A DNA stretch of 63,241 nucleotides, the filler included, from Reticulomyxa filosa (Eukaryota > Protista > Foraminifera): assembly GCA_000512085.1 (NCBI GenBank). It is 21 parts of 21 records of this genome, joined end to end, with 100 filler letters (N's around TTAATTAATTAA, not from the genome) between each part and the next. Parts side by side here need not be neighbours in the genome. Positions count along the whole stretch, not along the records: positions 1 to 8,317 come from ASPP01022041.1; positions 8,418 to 9,472 come from ASPP01016589.1; positions 9,573 to 10,860 come from ASPP01036444.1; positions 10,961 to 12,139 come from ASPP01049343.1; positions 12,240 to 14,848 come from ASPP01005484.1; 16 more parts are not named here. One strand, given 5' to 3'. The notes beneath the pieces were generated by a model. The model made no database searches. It saw only the letters and a program-made list of their open reading frames with translations, and was not told the origin of the DNA. This document shows, in pieces, positions 1-12,271 of the stretch; positions within the stretch are counted from its first letter, which is position 1, and every line of letters begins with the position of its first letter. A program made the translations under genes and the position numbers.

Positions 1-1439
1 TTTTTAATGCATTTGCTAGTTTAAAACGGTCAATTAGTTCTGCCTTTTCACAGAACAACTATCCAAAAACAATTTTTTATTTATTTATTTTTTAAAAAAC
101 AAAAACATGTAACTTGAAGGACTTGATCGAAATCCAAGCCAACAAAAAAATCTGAATAAACAACATAAGCTGAATCGTCCTGATTAAGACAATCATACTT
201 TATTTAATAAAATCTAAAATCGTTCTTTCGTTTGTGCCAAAATTATTTGCTATTACTTAATTGAATTGGAGTTCCATTATTTCATTTACAATTTTTCTTT
301 TACAAATTGTTCTATCAATGCATCAATACCTTTTAATTTTCGACAAACTAGTTAATTTCAAATAATATTTTTTCTTTATGTCGATATTAATTCATCAAAT
401 TTTAATTTAATTGTTTTCATCTTATTTCTTGTCTTATATCGATTTATTATTGGAAAAATTTTTATTTGTCTATTTTTTTAAAATGTAATTACTCTCTTAA
501 ATTTGAAAGTGTCCCAAAAGAATTGTCCTATATTTTATAATGAAAAGAAAGATGCAATGAAGTTTTGCAAACATTTAAAAGTGAATTTATAACAAAAAAA
601 TTCCTATAAACGGATTTTATCAACAATGCAATAATATGAAGTCTGTATGAAGCAAATTCATGATAAAATAATTTTTTTTATTGAACTATTGAACTTTAAA
701 AAGGCCAAATCTTATTGATTATACAATAATTTAGTTCATTACATAAAAAGAAAAGTTCACTTCGAAAGATTTTTGATTTTCGCTCTACTGTAAATCAAAG
801 TCTAAATTTAGTTTTTAATATTTGTTTAATCTTTTATGCTTGCCTTTTCCTAGAAATGCGTTATTTTTGAGTCATAAATTACCTAAGTGAAAGCGTTTAA
901 ATATAGCATCCCTGTTCTACTGGTTTAAAAAATTTTGTATAAGACGTGTGATGGAAGTACACGAACTAATCTAGACTTTTTCAAAAGGCTATTGTGGATT
1001 GGCATCCTCGAATGCGATTAAAGTCTTTTTTGTTAAAAGTAGTTTGTTAAGGGAGAAATCTTCATTTGGCATAAAAACTGGTGGAAGTTTCTACCTAATT
1101 CAATTTTCTTTGTTTTGATTTTTAATGATATTTTTGAAGAAAGTTGTAATAATGAAAAACAAATTAACAGTAATATCCCTTTTCAAATTAATTCCACTCA
1201 CCAATTTCTGTTTTTTTCCATTTCTCTGTGTAAACTTCTATTGAAACAATTCCTGTTTTGAAAGTATTGAATTGTTAATATAATTGATTTAAATGTAAAT
1301 ATAGTTGTCACAAATACAAATTCTATGCAACAAGAATTACTCAGACTTTGTGCTGACATTGAAATAATGAAAGATTTATCCAGAAAAGAAAAATAAAACA
1401 TTCCTTCTTTTTCACAAACATAATCTCTGCTTGCACAGC

Positions 1440-2783
1440 ACTGGTGAAAGTGATATTTTTCCTTGTTTTTTGTTGCAAAGGTAAGCTGATAGCGATCAAC
1501 GCAATTATCAGCCCTCAATTAAGCCCGATACTCAAGCTGTCATAGAAAATTTTTCAAGTCGCTTTGTCACCAGTGATTCGAATTACTCGTTTTTCCTTCT
1601 TTCAGGACTTGTTTCCATCGTTATCGGAATTGTGAAACTTCAATAGGAAAAGCAAAAAAGAATTTCGTGAATACAGCAAGGAAACTGTGCCTTAATGGGA
1701 TATTATTCCACTTTGCAAGTGAAAGAGATAAGAACAGAAGTGTATTCAGCAAGTGTGGCTGCAATAGGAACACATGACACTTTTGTTGCATCTGTTGTTG
1801 GGCCTCAACATCAAAGGGTTCAGTAGGACTAATCTACAGCTCGACACCTTGCACCTTCTTCAATTTCATGAAACAAAATGACTCTCATTTTTGACTTGCG
1901 AATTGATATCAATTTGCAGCATGAACTCTTCATACAGCACGATGGAGTGCAGCATACACAAATTTTGTGCCATCAATTCCCGCTCTTGTTTCAGCTGCTT
2001 TGCTCTTGTTTGACTTGGTGGACGGATTGGGAGTTGTGGCCTCCAACACATCAAAAATCATCTTCCATGCCGAATAGATCGAGTATATCCGATTGTTGTT
2101 GAGATTGACCGGTTTTACTCGAGACCGAGTCTTTGTTTGCATTAAATTGAAATGTTATGTTCAATGCCCAAACTTCATATGCGTCGACAGCAGCAATGAC
2201 CGTGGTGACCATATATGCTGGAACTTGAAAGTGTTTATGCAATGCCTCAAATTTCTCATTTGCCATCTGCATCGAGCAAGCAATTGTCCAACACTCGTAC
2301 CGCTTACCAATAATCGCTGTACAGCACTCGTTACAAACTCAACTCCGCCCATATTCGCTATTCATATCAATGCCAATGACTTAAATACTTCATTTGGTCA
2401 TGCCATCGTTTTTTATTGCTTGGACACACATAATCGTAACATTTCTGTATGCCCTATCAACAATAGTGAGAGCTACGTATCCCACCTGCTTTTCTTGCAC
2501 ACTTTTGTGGCCTAATCAAATCTACACACTGGATGTGTCCTATATCTACTTGAATATCCCAAAATATACACATACATTATTTTCCACATGTACTTGCGCT
2601 ATGTGTGTGTTTTTAAACCTTTCGCTGGCTTGTCCGAATTTTTGCCAATTCTTTATCTACTCTCTTCTATCACATTTTTTTCCCCCTCTCTTTGTACCAA
2701 AATACCAACGGTTCAATTACCTCCTCTGTCTTCGTATTTCTGATTTCACTAATGAAGTTAACCAGACATCTCAATTGACTCAT
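1440..2783 (-). pseudogene. AP2A: AP-2 alpha-adaptin pseudogene (frameshifted, internally deleted, intron retained)
   Basis: Minus-strand pieces read across frames: MSQLRCLVNFISEIRNTKTEE (ATG 2783), intron, RVDKELAKIR, RKYMWKIMYVYILGY, VQEKQVGYVAL, VQAIKND, NEVFKSLALI*IANMGG. These match the alpha-adaptin N-terminus (MRGLAVFISDIRN..RINKELANIR..EKQIGY..AIKND). Downstream are hinge-like DILDLFG and appendage-like LCMLHSIVLYEEFMLQI and RYQLTF. Not visible in the ORF track. Confidence 0.8.
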
Positions 2784-2997
2784 GTTTCCAAAAAAAGTTT
2801 TGTTAATGCTGTCGATTTACAAACTTTAAAAGAAGTCAATTATAAAAATGATTTATTAAAACTCACTTGTTTGTGTCCCACGTCGTTAATTAAAAAACAA
2901 AAATAATCCACTCCAAATGATGCAATTGAGTTATTAACTAATTTTTGTAAGTACAAAATAGTAAATTTTTTCTGCAAATATACTTAAAAAAATACAT

Positions 2998-3310
2998 ATA
3001 AAAAGTGTAATACATGTGCTTATTTTGTGGGGACCCTTAATATATATATAAATTTATTTTAGTTTGTGTGGAAAACTTTGTTGATAAAGTCAATTGGATT
3101 TCATACTTTTTTGATTTAACACAGAGCTAAGAGCATAATATTATTTTTGTTAAAATTTAAAAAACGTAATTTCAATACATAGTCACCAAATTATTTAAAA
3201 TTAATTTTTAATCTAAATTTTTAATTGTAAATGAGATAATTTTATTCTTTAAAAAAATTTTATAAAAAGTGTAATGCATATGCTGATTTTTGGGTATCAC
3301 TAATATATAA
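2998..3310 (+). repeat. Imperfect ~50-bp direct repeat, copies ~260 bp apart
   Basis: ataaaaagtgtaatacatgtgcttattttgtgggg..taatatata (~2998) versus ataaaaagtgtaatgcatatgctgatttttggg..taatatata (~3262). Confidence 0.6.
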
Positions 3311-3837
3311 TTAAATTTCAGATTATTCTTAATGTAATTAAGTTATATTTTATTACTGTTGACTTGATCGGTCCTTTTTTTTTTCAAATTTTCAAATATT
3401 TAAAATCAAAAACATAAGGACAAATTAATGTTACAAACAAAGCCCACTCCAATTTAGAAAATTTTCTGCAAGTGGCAGCTATATTTTATACTTCAATTTT
3501 ATCCTTTTCTAACAAAATCCCTCCAGAAAAAAAACTAGACTAAAATTAAAACAAAATGTTGTGTATTTTAATCATGTTAATGTTGCAAAAATTCTTTTCG
3601 TTAACTTTTTTTATGTTCTACTAAATTATAATTTTTGTTATTGTAAACAATATAGAATTTATACAAGAACAGATTGCTTTATTGACTTGAACAAACTTTG
3701 CATTTAATGATGGCAAAACTATACAAAATGTTTTGAAATTCAAAAATGAAAAAAAATTGGAGACTGCACTCACACAATGATTTTGACTCAGAGTATTTGG
3801 TACAAAAGATTAATCGCATATCCTTTTTGCTTGATGA

Positions 3838-4945
3838 CTAAATGTCAACGTGTAACTTAGAAACAAATTTAGCTCTGTAAGCATTAACAAGCTCGTTGCC
3901 TTTTGATCCGCCAACATTTTTGAGTACTACTTCAGAAACTAAGTTGGTCAATTGACCTGAACCCGCCGATGAATTAATGGCCAATTTTTCGCATCGACCA
4001 CTTGTAGAATCAGCAATCTGTTTAAAATTTACTTGCGCCTTCTGTTCAACATAGAACGCATGGACCGGGATATTGCATTGTTTTAAACGTATGAGTTCAT
4101 CTTCATAATATGTGGGACGAGAGAATAATTTGGTATTTTTCCAATAATCTTCCCCTAGTCCATGTTTTGAGTCTATCCTTTTTTTTGGTATATCTTCTCT
4201 TGTGTTTGCCTGCGCATCTCCAATCAAAATGACCTGTGAAACGCTCTTTTTTTCGTTTTCTCTATTGACATGGGCCAATCCAACTTCAATTGCTTCATTT
4301 CCCTAGCCATACTCGGCCTTAACGCTTTTCATAAAATTGCGAAGATTTTCAGGTTTTGATTCCCAAGGAGAAGTCTGCAAAAGCATATGTTCAGGAGCAT
4401 TGTAGTTGCGATACACAACAAATTGCATTTCAAAGCTGTTTGGAGGCCGCCCATTATCTTTTAAAATGATTGAAATACGTTCAAACATAGTATCTACCGC
4501 ATTTTTAGCTTGTTGTAGCAGGTGGTGCATAGAACCAGTTGCATCCATAAGAACCACTGTTCGAGAAGCTTTTTTCTCTTCTGCTCCTCTGTTTCGCTCA
4601 CATAACATTTTTTTCACTTCAATTATCTTATTTCCCTTTAGTGCCTCAATTAACTGTCGTCCCAATTTATGTTCTCTCAAAGCATATTCCACATATTTTT
4701 TGGTTTCTGCGTATTGAGTTTTGAAGTATTTATCTCGCTTTGCATTGAACATTAGATAAAAACCTCTTATACTACGCGCGTTTTCAATATCTTCTTTGGT
4801 GATTGAAAATTTCTCAAGTGACTTATCACACAACACATCCCACTTGCCCAGGACTAGTAGCACGCTTAATGAGAGATTCCTTCTCATCGAACAAGATTTC
4901 TTCAGTCATTATAATTGCATCATCTTGAATTGAAAGAAAATTGGA
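3838..4945 (-). pseudogene. vWA-domain protein pseudogene (probably C-terminus of a SecA-like helicase-vWA protein)
   Basis: ORFs 4303..4887 and 3838..4278 are in the same frame, separated by one TAG (EYG*GNEAIEVGL). MIDAS-like VLMDATGSM, FVVYRNY and ILIGDA motifs are present. An upstream out-of-frame piece reads TEEILFDEKESLIKRATSPGQV. Confidence 0.7.
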
Positions 4946-7900
4946 TGACGTTTATTTTTCTGTATAGGGTTTGTAGTTTCAATTTTTTTTATACTACACA
5001 GTTACATTTACAAGCTTTGACATTTTTTTCCCAGGTTGTGGATTTACTTAAAAAAAGGAGCTGAACGAACTCGTCGAACATGAACCACTTCTAAGTCCAT
5101 TGTGAGATATTACAAAAATATCACTGTAAAATATTGTAAGAAATAAGTTGTATTGATCCTTGTTATGACAGGGCAACAAGTCTCAAAACAAACAGCAACG
5201 TGACACTGAACGTATAAACTTTTTTCCTTTTGGTAAGTAACCTTTTTTAAAAAATTACTATTGCAAAAATGATTGCCAAAGAAAAACAGCCAATAATTAA
5301 CAAATTTAAATATTCAAAATGTTAGAATATTAAAAAGTTGATATTACTTTATTAAAAAATAATTATTTGTTAAAAATAGATATCTAATGATATTTTGTTT
5401 AATTCAAAATGCCAAGGTTTGGATTAAGTTTTTGTAGTCTGAAAGCATTTAGATATCTGCAGCTTTTGTTTGGATGGAGATATCTATTTATTACTTGCTC
5501 ATATTCACCCTTTTCAAATACATTGGGCTTTTCTTTGCCTGTGTCTCCAATGCTACTGTTTCGTTTAGAAAGTGCCCTACTGTTCAAGAAAAATACTCCT
5601 TTTTCATCGCTTGGGGAGTGTCTTGTGTTGTGACTGGAACAAATATAAACATACGGTTCACAACAAATCATTAGCACACTTTGGCAAATAAGTCTTTCTT
5701 TGATTTATTTGGCCAGCTCTTGCATCGTGACAATGGTCTCTTCACTCGTTTCAGGGTAACGAACATTCTCAGGCACTGCATCATATTGGCAGGTGGATTG
5801 GAGAAACAACAATGATCACAAATAAGCACGAGCATCCTTAATATCCCATTTTAGTTTCTTTTTTTAAAGTTGATTTAACTGATGAAATGACACAACAAAA
5901 TTTTCTATATTTTACAAAAAATATTACCGACAACATCACGTAAATATTGAAAATTGCTATGAGCACAATATTTGTCTAAACAAAATGAAATAACATCAAC
6001 CATGTAAATTCCGTATTCAATCCTAATTTTTTTGTTTTAATAATTGGGTGTCATTGCATTTAAAATGTATACAAATTATAATTAGAATTATTCGGTCCAA
6101 TAATTGAACTCGTTTATTGGAAATACTGTTCAACCTTTATTTGTCCATTAAACATTCAAATTGCGTGCATAACCATCATTGTACTGATCTAATATTTAGT
6201 TTCTTTTGAAAATGTATTATTACATATTTTCAAAAAATGCATCGAGCGGCGAACAAGTGCTTCGAGCCATCGAATACTTGGCGTTTGATTATTGCAAAAA
6301 AGACTCGTATTGCTTGAATGAACTGCAAGACCTTGCCACATCGTACTTTTCCAAAATGTTTTTTGCAAAGGAGTTGACGAAGCAAAAAAACAAAAAGAAG
6401 AACAACAAAATGAAGAGCAAATGAAAAAGGAGAGTCCTGGAATGGCAATAGCAGTGACAATAAATATAATAATGATAATGACAATAACAATGATAATAAT
6501 AATGATAATAAGAATTGTAATGAAATGACTCCAAAATACAAAACAAAAAACATTTTCAGATGAACTTAGACTGGACGGATTCTGCCTAGTCTTTTGGTCA
6601 ATCCACCAGTTCCATAAACTTAATAATTTGCCACTATCGAAAATAACAGTATTTTTTACCAACAAAAAAATTGATCCATACAATAACTTTAACTCAAGTT
6701 TTATCATTTCCAACAACTCTTCCCAATTTTCGTCTTTCAATTCTTCTGAGATTTTTCCATCTTTTTTCAAGTTGTGGAAAAAAAAACTGACTCCATTTTT
6801 ATTGTTACTAAATTCGGGAAAAGCTGTGATTGCAAATAATGCGAATGATGTTCATATAACCAAAAATGCAACAAAATTAACACTATGCTAAATAAACAAA
6901 ACAAATTTTCTTTTACGCTTAAAGAAAGATATCTCCGATATTTTCAAGTAACTCTAATGAATTGCATAGTATTCTCCACTTTTTTTTCCTTCCCAAATTT
7001 GTGCTTTTTTTTTTTGAAAAACAAAAAAATTGCGTATTTGATCAAGACAGCTAAGCTGATGTCAAAATCGGTTTGTTCTAATGTTAATTTTTTATGAAGG
7101 GATACCCGATCAAATAAGAAGAATTATTATTTGGATTATAATCTTTACTTAAAAAAATGTAATGCAGATTAATTTTTTCCACTCCAATTTTAATTGAAGT
7201 TTTTAGAGATACTCTAATTTTTTTGGAGTAAAAATAAACATAACTCCATTTTCTGTAATTGGTAAACACTTGATATAAATATATTATATTGAACACTTTG
7301 AAGAAAGTTATTGCTTTTCGTTTTCCCTTGTTTGATCTATGTTTCAATTTCTTCAAAAGGAAATGATATGTTTATGATTATATTATTTCTTAAGAAATCT
7401 CGCAAATTTTTTTACTCTGGAAAAATATGTAGTTTTTTTTTCGCAGAGTAGCTTAAAAATAATTCAAAGAAAGAAAATCCTGCGTCAGGTTTTTGGTTTT
7501 GTTTAAGTCGTTGAATAATAAGTGATTGTCTTCGTTTAAAAAAAGCAAAAGACACCAATTTAATTATTGAATTTGTTGTTCTCATGACTACAAAAAAGTG
7601 TATGTTTGAGTAATTTACTGCTATGCAAAATACCTTTCTCGAAACATTAGTTTCTACTTATTTTTATTCTATTTTAAGCTGACGTTGCTTTGTTTTTGGA
7701 GAGGGGTACAATATAACAAGTATAATTAAAGGCTTCATTTGATGGAAATGTCAATGGCTTGACAAAAATTGCTTATGATGATATATTTTTTAAAATTAGT
7801 TAACAAAGATTTTGAAGAATATAAAAAAAAAAATAATCAAAATATATATAAAGTACAATTTTTCATCGCATAAAACACAAAAGTAAAAAAAAAGATTTCA

Positions 7901-8317
7901 AATAGACAAAAATAACAAGGCTTTTCTTCACTCCTCCCTTTCCTTCCTCACAAAATGAATTACAATTTAGTAATTCGTACACTCTTTTTAATTATTCCAA
8001 ATAGCGCGATTGCTGGCAAAACAAAGGGCATACTATATAAGCAAGCCATTTCTCAAAGCAATTAGAAAGGTGCTTATAAAAATGATGACAACTTCTCAAT
8101 TAGGCATCTTGAAATAAGCTAATTGCCCCCAGTTCTGCAAATCTCTTGCTCTTACCTTGCCACACTTTTAAAAAACCTTCACTTACACAACTTTTGATGA
8201 TGTCAAAATTTTGTGATGGTGTTGTCGTTTGGATTGGAGTTTTATGCTATCAATATGCTTTGTGCACTATGATTAAATTTGCCAAATGCTATTTAGTGAA
8301 TACTTTGACACAAATTC

Positions 8318-8417
8318 NNNNNNNNNNNNNNNNNNNNNNNNNNNNNNNNNNNNNNNNNNNNTTAATTAATTAANNNNNNNNNNNNNNNNNNNNNNNNNNN
8401 NNNNNNNNNNNNNNNNN
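8318..8417. other. Artificial contig-joining linker (first of 20)
   Basis: 44 N + TTAATTAATTAA (stops in all six frames) + 44 N. Identical linkers start at 8318, 9473, 10861, 12140, 14849, 16205, 18560, 19675, 21940, 24857, 29637, 36373, 38976, 41112, 43578, 50238, 51860, 53082, 55953 and 61131. Confidence 0.99.
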
Positions 8418-11187
8418 TAGCAGTATTTTTAATGAAGCCATCAATATTATCATGTTTCAAAACGACAATAAGAATATCATTTAATTCCAATTTTTAATCC
8501 AGTTAAACACTATTCTATCAAAAATACTTTTCCATAATTTTTATAAAAAAAATTATCATCTTACTTCAACATTATATTTTTATTCTATAATTAGTGAAAA
8601 ATTAATTATAATATCAATCAGCAAATATCGATTCATTATATACAAAAATGTATTTACTATGAATCAAACAAAAATAATGAAAATGTAGTCAAATAATTTA
8701 CAAAAATTCATTTGAATATATAGATGATTGATTTTATTCATCTAGACATATTTCAGTATATTTTGATATTTGATATTTTTAATTATTTTGAAAAGTACAA
8801 GTAATAAACATTGAAAGCAAAATTAATTTAAAAGGTATTACCAAAAATGTATCAAAATTTAGTTTTGTAAATATAATTACGTTATGCCATTTGTAAAAAT
8901 AATATATATATACAAAAAAATTTTATTTGATCAAAATAATTATATTAGTGTTTATTTCAGTAAAATAATGATTTGAACAAAATTATATCAAATTCTTCAG
9001 ACTTGAACCAAATTAATCAAAAGAAGAACCTTAAATTATTAAATCTTTCATAATTATTTTAATAGTTTAATATTTGAGTTTATTTAAAAAAAAAATTGCC
9101 AAATGAGTTGACAAAGGACTTGATGTTGAGTTTGTACAAAGTTACAAAAAAATTTCTTGTACGTTATGAATATGTGCGTAAATGGAAGATTACATTTAAT
9201 AAGAAACCAAGAAAATTACGTTTGTTAAAATTACCATAATGAATTTAAGGTCTTGTTGCATGGTTAATGATTACTAATAAATTTGTTAAAGCTGAAGAAA
9301 TAAAAAGATAACTGTAAAAAGAATATTTTACTTTAATTTTATTTGTAACAATAACCAGAATGCTTATGAAAAAAAAATTAAATGATATTACTTTGAAGAA
9401 AAAGCCTTTTTTAAACAAAAAAAAAAAATAAAAATAAAGTATAATAAATAAACATTCAATAATTGGAAAAAANNNNNNNNNNNNNNNNNNNNNNNNNNNN
9501 NNNNNNNNNNNNNNNNTTAATTAATTAANNNNNNNNNNNNNNNNNNNNNNNNNNNNNNNNNNNNNNNNNNNNTTGGCTGGAGTTACTTTTTTCTTTTGAC
9601 GTAACTGCAAAATAAATAATTCTAGATAAGTCTTAATTTTAATTATACTAATGAAAAAAATGAAAGAGATAAATTGACAAAAATGTAGGAATAAAAAGTC
9701 CAAAGACTGACAATTTGTTTGTCATAGTTTCATAAAAAATTAATTTGATAGTGTTGAAAAAGTCTAATCTCAATAATGTTTACGATCAGCTAGCAAACTA
9801 GTAGATCAGTATGCAAAGTCGGCATCATTGTTGGCATTAAAGATATTCTTTTATATTCAATCTCCAATGAAACCTTGAAGCACTTCAGTGTTGAAAAAAG
9901 CTGTCTTCATATTACCTTCAAACAAATTATATAACTATGTCATTTATGTAACAGAAATTAAGATTTGTTGAAATTTCAATACTCGGTCTGAAAAGATATT
10001 TATTTAATCATTGTATTTTGAATTTTCTTTTGATGATGTTTGAATCATTTAATTTATCATCTAGATTAGTCAATACATTTATTGGATATAGTAATATTGT
10101 ACGAGTATTGATTATTTAGCATTTAGTGATTGAACAACGAAGAGTAATTGATTAATTTGATAAGTATCTTATATACAAAGAAAAATGATTATAAAGGTTG
10201 ACTTTAGTGGATACTGAATTTGCTGAGTCGTCAACTTCTTACAAGAAAAATAAAAACAAGACAAACAATTGTAATGTTTAAATAATCTCATTGACGAGTA
10301 ATTATTATGAATAACAGATATTCATACAGTAACATAAGTAATATCCACATTATTAGGATTGATGAGCATTTTAAAAACCTGACTTTACAAAATTGTAGCT
10401 GTCTATAATACAATTTTTTTATCAAAAAAGATTTACATTGCGATTACGATCAGACAAAAATTAATGTTTTTTTAAACTGTATTGAATATGATAATATTAT
10501 TATGTATTCAAGTAAAATATTTCGTTTTCCATTTGTTAGTGTACCCACGTAAACAGGAATTTAAAAACAGTTTTTTCATAAACGCTAAACAGACAAAAAA
10601 CTCTAAAAAGTTTTTTAAGAGTTTTTTTTCAAGAACGAAATAAAAAAAATCTTGTTGTTTTTTGTTGACAAATGACATTAATTATAAATCATTCTGATAC
10701 TCAAGTTTTTGATTTGCACATTCGTGGCAAGGACAAGATGTTGTCTGATTAATGATATTTCATAAATTCGATTGTTTTATCATACTCGCGCACGCCTGTG
10801 CATTTCAGCATTTTTGTCTCATAGACATTTTAATTGCAAATGCTGTGCTTTATAAAGAAANNNNNNNNNNNNNNNNNNNNNNNNNNNNNNNNNNNNNNNN
10901 NNNNTTAATTAATTAANNNNNNNNNNNNNNNNNNNNNNNNNNNNNNNNNNNNNNNNNNNNACAAAAACAGTATCATAAGAGTGATAACATTAAAGAATCT
11001 TAAGTGTTGTAAATGATTCGTTGATGTATATTACAAAAAAAGAAATATAATACAATTGCATCAATCAAAATGTTTTAAGTTTGGATCTTGAGTAAACACG
11101 GAAACAAAGGAATTGCTATTTTTATCATTCAAATATGCCAACAGTTATGATGTGTGTCCATTTATTTGTTTTTTTTATTTTAGAAAT

Positions 11188-12104
11188 TCAACTTAACTCC
11201 AATGATTTGAGTCGTTGTTCAGTTGTGATAAGTCTTGCATACAATCCGTCCAAGTCTTGTCTAAACTCATCGTATTTGGCAAAAGCTGCGTCAGTTTCAC
11301 GAACTTTTGCAACAAGTTCATTCTATTTATATATATATATATATATATACATATATAAAAGAGATATTTTTCAAAAGACAAAAGAAAAAAAGAATAAGAC
11401 ACACCTCCAACTCTTCCAAAGGTGAATGAAGATTATTACAATGGAATTTGCCCAATTGAGGTACGAGTTCGTTGATTAAAATTTGGAGTGGCTCCAAATA
11501 CTGTTCATCAAAATTGCTAAGACCGAGAACAGGAAGAGGAGCCTCTTCTTTGGTCAATTTCAAAATCTCACGTATTTTGTTGGAAAACTCTTTGCCATAT
11601 TCAGGAGCTTTCTTGGCCTTTGGTCCCTCAACTCTGGTCATGACAATGATCATATGTTTCCAAACATCGCGACCTAGCATAGACTCCAAATTTTTGAGCA
11701 TGTTTTGGTACGTTTCGCTGATGCGAGCATCCTGATAATTTTTCACAAGTACAATTGCATGAATGAATTCAATTCCTCGCAAATACGTCACCAAGTTCGT
11801 GGCATGCTCACGGTCCCTGCCAGTGGAATCTGCTTCTCCAGGTTGGTCGGTCAAACTTACCGGATACTTGTACAGACCCTTGTCAATGAATATTTTTTTA
11901 ATCTCCTGTGTCTTCGACTCCACACTGTCGCTAGGTGCAAATGGGCCCTCGAGGCCCTCTCCTGATTTATCCCCAGTTATCCGATTGCCCAGAAGCGATT
12001 TGCCCTCTCCGGTCGGGCTGTATAGCACAATGCGCAAGGTTTCCGGGTTACTGATTTCTTTTCCAAATTTTAAGACCTTTTGTGCTTGTGATACATTTGC
12101 ATTG

Positions 12105-12105
<1 letters not shown>
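11188..12105 (-). CDS. AIG1/IAN-like (septin/Toc34 superfamily) GTPase with C-terminal coiled coil, 5'-partial
   Basis: G1 SPTGEGKS, G2 SKT, G3 DQPG, G4-like IVMTRVE. GT-AG intron 11323..11404, then last exon NELVAKVRE...KSLELS* (11188..11322). Confidence 0.75.
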
Positions 12106-12139
<34 letters not shown>

Positions 12140-12271
12140 NNNNNNNNNNNNNNNNNNNNNNNNNNNNNNNNNNNNNNNNNNNNTTAATTAATTAANNNNN
12201 NNNNNNNNNNNNNNNNNNNNNNNNNNNNNNNNNNNNNNNTTTTTTTTTTTTTTTTTTTTAAAAAAAAGTCA

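Noticed and set aside
4303-4305. TAG reassignment or alternative genetic code
   Set aside because: TAA, TAG and TGA each end intact genes here (tubulin TAA, C2 protein TAG, G-alpha TGA). In-frame stops occur alongside frameshifts in decayed copies.
5399-6891. Short ORFs in contig 1
   Set aside because: May be decayed coding remnants, but I could not recognise a family; several are low-complexity shadows.
8318-8417. Recurring TTAATTAATTAA flanked by N runs as a biological repeat or CRISPR-like array
   Set aside because: Identical 100-nt scaffolding linker with six-frame stops. ORFs running into X/LIN are artefacts.
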